Positions 61,791 through 64,000 of a stretch of 64,000 nucleotides of DNA are shown here, in pieces. The DNA comes from Candidatus Limosilactobacillus intestinigallinarum. GTDB taxonomy: Bacteria; Bacillota; Bacilli; Lactobacillales; Lactobacillaceae. A program made the translations under genes and the position numbers. The stretch lies in the NCBI GenBank assembly GCA_019117285.1, contig DXAA01000013.1, forward strand, positions 2,373-66,372. Direction: 5' to 3'. Below the pieces are notes generated by a model, which saw only the letters and a list, made by a program, of their open reading frames with translations, made no database searches and was not told where the DNA came from. How positions within the stretch are numbered: position 1 is the stretch's first letter; each line of letters begins with the position of its first letter.

Positions 61791-62966
61791 ATGGTGGTAG
61801 AAATGGTGCAGATTATAAAAGGCATTAAACTCCGCCTATATCCCAATGCTCAGCAAAGGGAACAATTGTGGCAGATGTTTGGTAATGATCGCTTTGTTTG
61901 GAATCAGATGTTGGCGATGGCGAAGGAACGTTATCAAAACAACCCCAGCAGTCACTTCGTTAATGAGTATGGCATGAATTATCTCCTGAAACGGCTCAAG
62001 CAAGAATATCCATTTCTTAAGATTAGTGACTCAACTAGTTTTCTCGTGGTTAATCACAACCTCGCCCAAGCCTTTAAGATGCTTTTCAAGCAGCGAGGTG
62101 GTTATCCAAGGTTTAAATCGCGTCGTTCCACCCGACAGGCTTACACTGGACGGTCGGTTTGTCGAGTGCTTGATAAACGGCGGGTGAGATTACCTAAACT
62201 GGGGAGCATTCGAACCAGTAAGACAACTCGGTTAGCTAATGGCAAAATTAAGTGCTATACAGTTTGCCTTGAGCCAACCGGACGTTACTATCTATCATTA
62301 CAAGTAGCAGTTGGAGCTCCCGGACACTTAAGTAAGACGGGGAAAACGGTTGGAATTGATGTTGGGATCGTTGATCTAGCCGTTAGTTCTGATGGCATTA
62401 AGTACGGAACCTTTAATGCTAAATGGGCTGAAAAACAGGCAACCATTTGGCAACGTAAATATAGCAAACGACGTCACCAAGCGACAGTTGCCATTCGTCA
62501 ATGGAACCATAACTGCAAAACGGTGAAAAAAGGATTGAGTGATTACCAGAACTGGCAACGGGCGCGACAACAGAAAGCCCGCTACCAAGCTAAGGTAGCG
62601 AATCAAAGAAAAGATTATTTGCATAAACTGACAACGGCCTTAGTTAAGCAATATGACGTAATTGTCATTGAAGATTTGAAAACCAAGAATCTTCAAAAAA
62701 ATCATTGCTTAGCTAAGGCGATTGCGAATGCCAGCTGGTATCAATTCCGGACCATGTTGGCATATAAGTGTGCCTGGTATGGTAAGAAATTGGTCATTGT
62801 GCAACCGAACTATACTAGTCAAATTTGTAGTCATTGTGGTTACCATAGCGGACCAAAGCCGTTACAAGTTCGTGAATGGACGTGCCCAAGCTGTGGCATC
62901 CATCACGACCGGGATATTAATGCGGCAATTAATATCCTGCATCAAGGATTAAACGCCGTTGGCTAG
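61791..62966 (+). CDS. tnpB: RNA-guided endonuclease TnpB
   Basis: KLRLYP...RFVWN HTH, GYPRFK, RuvC-I GIDVG, RuvC-II IEDL, zinc finger CSHC/CPSC, RuvC-III DRDINAAINI. Start at 61791 or 61803. Confidence 0.95.
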   Translation: MVVEMVQIIKGIKLRLYPNAQQREQLWQMFGNDRFVWNQMLAMAKERYQNNPSSHFVNEYGMNYLLKRLKQEYPFLKISDSTSFLVVNHNLAQAFKMLFKQRGGYPRFKSRRSTRQAYTGRSVCRVLDKRRVRLPKLGSIRTSKTTRLANGKIKCYTVCLEPTGRYYLSLQVAVGAPGHLSKTGKTVGIDVGIVDLAVSSDGIKYGTFNAKWAEKQATIWQRKYSKRRHQATVAIRQWNHNCKTVKKGLSDYQNWQRARQQKARYQAKVANQRKDYLHKLTTALVKQYDVIVIEDLKTKNLQKNHCLAKAIANASWYQFRTMLAYKCAWYGKKLVIVQPNYTSQICSHCGYHSGPKPLQVREWTCPSCGIHHDRDINAAINILHQGLNAVG

Positions 62967-63105
62967 GGACTAGCCATGGTAAAAGAGTGGGGTTCTGTAA
63001 GTTAGGTATCCTGAATACAGGTATAACATCCTAAATACTACCCCATGTTCCCAGAAGCTCGGTCATTGATGGCCGAGTAGTTCACGCGTCTGCGGGGCGA
63101 TTAGA
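62940..63105 (+). ncRNA. Predicted TnpB omega-RNA (scaffold to 63085, guide about 63086-63105)
   Basis: Hairpins GGCTAG/CTAGCC, nested TGGGGT..TTAGG..CCTG/CAGG..CCTAA..ACCCCA, and the RE hairpin. Guide position follows from known TnpB biology; the 5' boundary is not determinable by eye. Confidence 0.7.
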
Positions 63106-63433
63106 GGTTAGCGATGTAGCGGATCTGGTCGAAGTCGACCACGTAGGTTGTCTGCCGGCTGCTGATGAGGTAGCGGTGGTCATCCAACGGCTTGACCCGG
63201 CCGTAGGTGTTGACTGGGTAACCTGCCGCCGTCTTGGGCATCAGCTGGAAGAAAACTGACCAGTGTTCCTGAACGGCGCGGTCAAGGAAGAGCTGCCGCT
63301 GGCTTGCCGGCTGTGGGGTCAATAGCTTAACCCGGGGCACGAAGACGGGATCTTCAGTCAGTAGGTGGTGGATGGTCCGGGTCAGAATTTGTGGGGCACG
63401 CTGAAGTAGGGTTGGTTGATTGACTTGTTGCAT
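63101..63433 (-). CDS. Small probable SOS-inducible hypothetical protein (110 aa; possibly YolD-like)
   Basis: GGAGG SD before the ATG at 63433; host-like GC content; beta-rich C-terminus; two LexA boxes upstream. Fold assignment is a guess. Confidence 0.75.
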   Translation of the reverse strand: MQQVNQPTLLQRAPQILTRTIHHLLTEDPVFVPRVKLLTPQPASQRQLFLDRAVQEHWSVFFQLMPKTAAGYPVNTYGRVKPLDDHRYLISSRQTTYVVDFDQIRYIANL

Positions 63434-63444
63434 GATGACGCCTC

Positions 63445-63494
63445 CGAACGTTTGTTTGTGACTATAGTATACGAACATCTGTTCCAAAATGCAA
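63445..63494 (-). promoter_or_regulatory. Promoter with two LexA (SOS) boxes
   Basis: Minus strand TTGCAT-17 bp-TATACT (63494-63466). CGAAC-ATCT-GTTCC (63472-63485) lies in the spacer and CGAAC-GTTT-GTTTG (63445-63458) abuts the SD; Firmicutes consensus is CGAAC-N4-GTTCG. Confidence 0.8.
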
Positions 63495-63575
63495 GGGCAA
63501 TTTTCACCGACGAAAAGTCTGGTGGAATGGTTGATTTATCGGGAAGTTTAGTGCATTATAGTATTAATACGTTAA

Positions 63576-64000
<425 letters not shown>

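Larger units (their letters stand above)
61638..63085 (+). mobile_element. IS200/IS605-family element, tnpB only (IS1341-type)
   Basis: Left-end structure GGCAA-GGAAA-[degenerate hairpin]-ATGAA-TTGCC (61638-61677); right-end GAAG-CTCGGTCA/TGGCCGAG hairpin then TAG-TTCAC (63085). No tnpA. Visibly AT-richer than host genes. Left boundary uncertain by a few bases. Confidence 0.85.

Noticed and set aside
63086-63105. TnpB guide targeting another gene in the window (domesticated repressor idea)
   Set aside because: Only ~8-nt chance matches were noticed (near 13513 and 35225), and the RuvC triad is intact, which argues against a TldR-like dead nuclease. A genome-wide search was not possible.

Overview
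Mostly core chromosome of a lactic acid bacterium; gene order, protein sequences and GC-rich codon usage suggest a high-GC Limosilactobacillus (inferred, not verified). It runs from murC (5' partial) through polA-mutM-coaE-nrdR-dnaB-dnaI, infC-rpmI-rplT, the yqeG-yqeH-yhbY-nadD-yqeK-rsfS cluster, an OmpR/ArlRS-like two-component system, pheST (T-box), udk-greA, yfhO, a class B PBP, glcK, miaA, glnA, gltX, tRNA-Arg(UCU), rplU-prp-rpmA and nusB-folD-xseAB-ispA-tlyA-argR-recN to gmk (3' partial). The only clearly mobile region lies between recN and gmk. It holds an internally deleted ISL3 inserted in the recN terminator, then an IS200/IS605-family (IS1341-type) element with an intact-looking TnpB, a predicted omega-RNA and a LexA-like box over its promoter, converging on a host gene with two LexA boxes. 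Other notable signals: a guanidine-IV-like riboswitch lacking the usual U-tract before a MATE gene, a nested structured leader on a glnA with no adjacent glnR, an atypical GluRS next to glnA, a 2H phosphoesterase in the usual efp slot, a truncated MltG and several small ORFs missed by the ORF track. No CRISPR array, prophage or rRNA was seen. All calls are by eye, with no database searches.
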